Part shown: one piece after another, positions 62,490 to 64,000 of the stretch
Position numbering within the stretch: position 1 is the stretch's first letter
How the letters are laid out: each line of letters opens with the position of its first letter
Origin: Raillietiella orientalis
Taxonomy: Eukaryota
Assembly (NCBI GenBank): GCA_036172245.1
Contig: JAYWIR010000011.1
Location: forward strand, 3,720,001 to 3,784,000
Length of the DNA stretch: 64,000 nucleotides
Direction: 5' to 3'
Position numbers and translations under genes: made by a program
The notes under the pieces: generated by a model
Seen by the model: the letters and a program-made list of their open reading frames with translations, nothing else
Told to the model about the DNA's origin: nothing
Database searches by the model: none

Positions 62490-63290
62490 CGGTGGCCTTC
62501 TGCTGGTGGCCGCGGTCTCGGAGCGTGGCACCAAGGGTTGAGGGTTCCAATCCCTGCCCGCGGAAAGATCGACGCCGACAAATGGGTTCGCCGTGGTGAG
62601 AAATGGGTGTTTGGAGTTCTCTTCGCAAGATGACGCCGATTGGCTTGTTTGGGTGGGCACTGGCAGAAGCTGAAAACCGGATGCTTCTGTTGACTGGCTG
62701 GGATTGGAAGAAGAACCTTCGCGGTACTTTCAGAAATCAAGGAGTCGGCTCCCTTCGGGATTCCCCCTCCGATGGCAAAAATGAAGCCTCTCTTACCCTC
62801 GGGGGACGCCCTATCGCGTACCATGGAGCTGGCTGATACCCCCTCGGAGGTTGCCTCTGCAGAGTGTTACAGAAGCGCCCTTCACAAAAATTAGGAAACG
62901 TTGGTTTGGGGTTCTCTTCAGAGGAGGAAACCAGAAGCACCTTCCTTGAGGGGTTTCTCCGAAAAGGGAATTTAGGAACTGCCCTTCAGAGAAGGAATGA
63001 GGAGTGGCGTCTACAGACCGAATGGTCCCTCCGGCAAGGATGAGAAAGAGGTGGTTCTTTTCGGGGTTCCCTCCCAAGCGTGAGAGGAGCAGGCTCCTTC
63101 CTGCGCAACTTTCCTGGATGCATGAGGATTATCTCTCCGGGATACTCCCTAACTCGAAGAATTGGCGCGCATCTCCGGCTGGCGTGTGGATGAAGAGCTT
63201 CGTGAGCCGCCAGACGGACGTTTCTTGCAGTGCTGAACGAATCAGATGAAAACAAAAGAAAGGAAACTCTAGAAGACAAAAAAAAAATGT
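62490..63290 (+). mobile_element. Apparently full-length tRNA-headed SINE-like element (~0.8 kb)
   Basis: Head ctgctggtggccgcggtctcggagcgtggcacc, B-box-like GGTTCCAATCC (62543-62553); shared blocks cgcaagatgacgc, aaaatgaagc, ccatggagctg, ggggttctctt.agaggagg; A-rich tail at 63248-63288. Confidence 0.72.
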
Positions 63291-63329
63291 GGAAGGGAAG
63301 AAGCGGAACGAAGGAGTTGCGTCATTCAA

Positions 63330-63730
63330 GCGCTCCGACCACGATCCCGAGGCAAGCAGGATCTCCTCGAACCGACGGGAGGAATGCCTCCTGGTAACGC
63401 CCTCACTGCGGAAGAGTGGGAGTCACGCGAGCTCTCGGTCTGAGCTCTGGGCCCCAGTCGGGATGGGACCGCGTTCCGAGAGCGTCTCCTTTCTCCGGTA
63501 CTGTTCCTCCCCGCGCTCTTCGGCCGATGGTCGCTCGGTGGACTCGTTGGTGGTCTCCTCGCTGGCTGTCCTCTGCCGCGACGCGACCATCTCTGGTCGC
63601 CAGGGTGGAGCTGCATGGTCCTCATCCCAGAGAGCCACTCGCATCGTTCTTGTGCGAAGTAGGAGGAAATGTCGCAGACCGGTTCAGGAGGCACAAAGGT
63701 GCCCGTGCGTCAGACTATCCCGAAACTGAC
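63330..63730 (-). mobile_element. Possible Tx1-type ORF1 zinc-knuckle relic
   Basis: LCAS*TGLRH and RCE/LWDEDHAAPPW look like two decayed CX2CX4HX4C knuckles, followed by a charged low-complexity tail. Confidence 0.3.
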
Positions 63731-64000
63731 GACTCCAGCCCTCCTTTTCTCTGTGCTTGACGCATGTCCTTGGAAGTCGTCTGCAGCACTGTGTGGTTGC
63801 TGGTCCACCCCATTTTCCAGTTTCGCTGATTGCACACCTCTACTCTGCCTTGACTGCTTTTCAACCCTGTCCCTTATGAGGTTCGCATCCTAAGTTTGCA
63901 CCTGATATATGTTGACCCTATTTGCCTAGCATTGAAGTTCGTCCCTTGCATCTGTGATTTGTATTTGATTCCTAATTTAAACCAAATTTATTTATTTATT

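Noticed and set aside
1..64000. CRISPR arrays, rRNA genes, operons or prokaryotic defence systems
   Set aside because: No regularly spaced repeats, no rRNA signatures and very low coding density; the content is eukaryotic.

Overview
Eukaryotic, most likely arthropod, genomic DNA. The only protein-coding gene I can support is an uninterrupted 440-aa neuropeptide F receptor (NPFR-type rhodopsin-family GPCR) at 57464-58786 (-), set in a GC/CpG-rich domain. The rest reads as decayed transposable elements: several Tx1/L1-clade LINE fragments (one collinear ORF1-RT-zinc-finger set just downstream of NPFR), CR1/Jockey/RTE-like LINE relics, mariner relics, and a ~0.8-kb tRNA-headed SINE-like repeat with about six copies. 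There is also a mitochondrial nad4 insertion (NUMT) next to or inside a LINE, an orphan histone H3 pseudogene, an 868-bp-arm inverted repeat (532-1399 / 1966-2833) and a 438-bp direct repeat (37626-38063 / 40647-41084). Both long repeats have identical cores with mismatches only at their margins. I saw no prokaryotic features (CRISPR, operons, rRNA) and found no convincing new multi-gene system. All alignments were done by eye, so boundaries of decayed elements are approximate.
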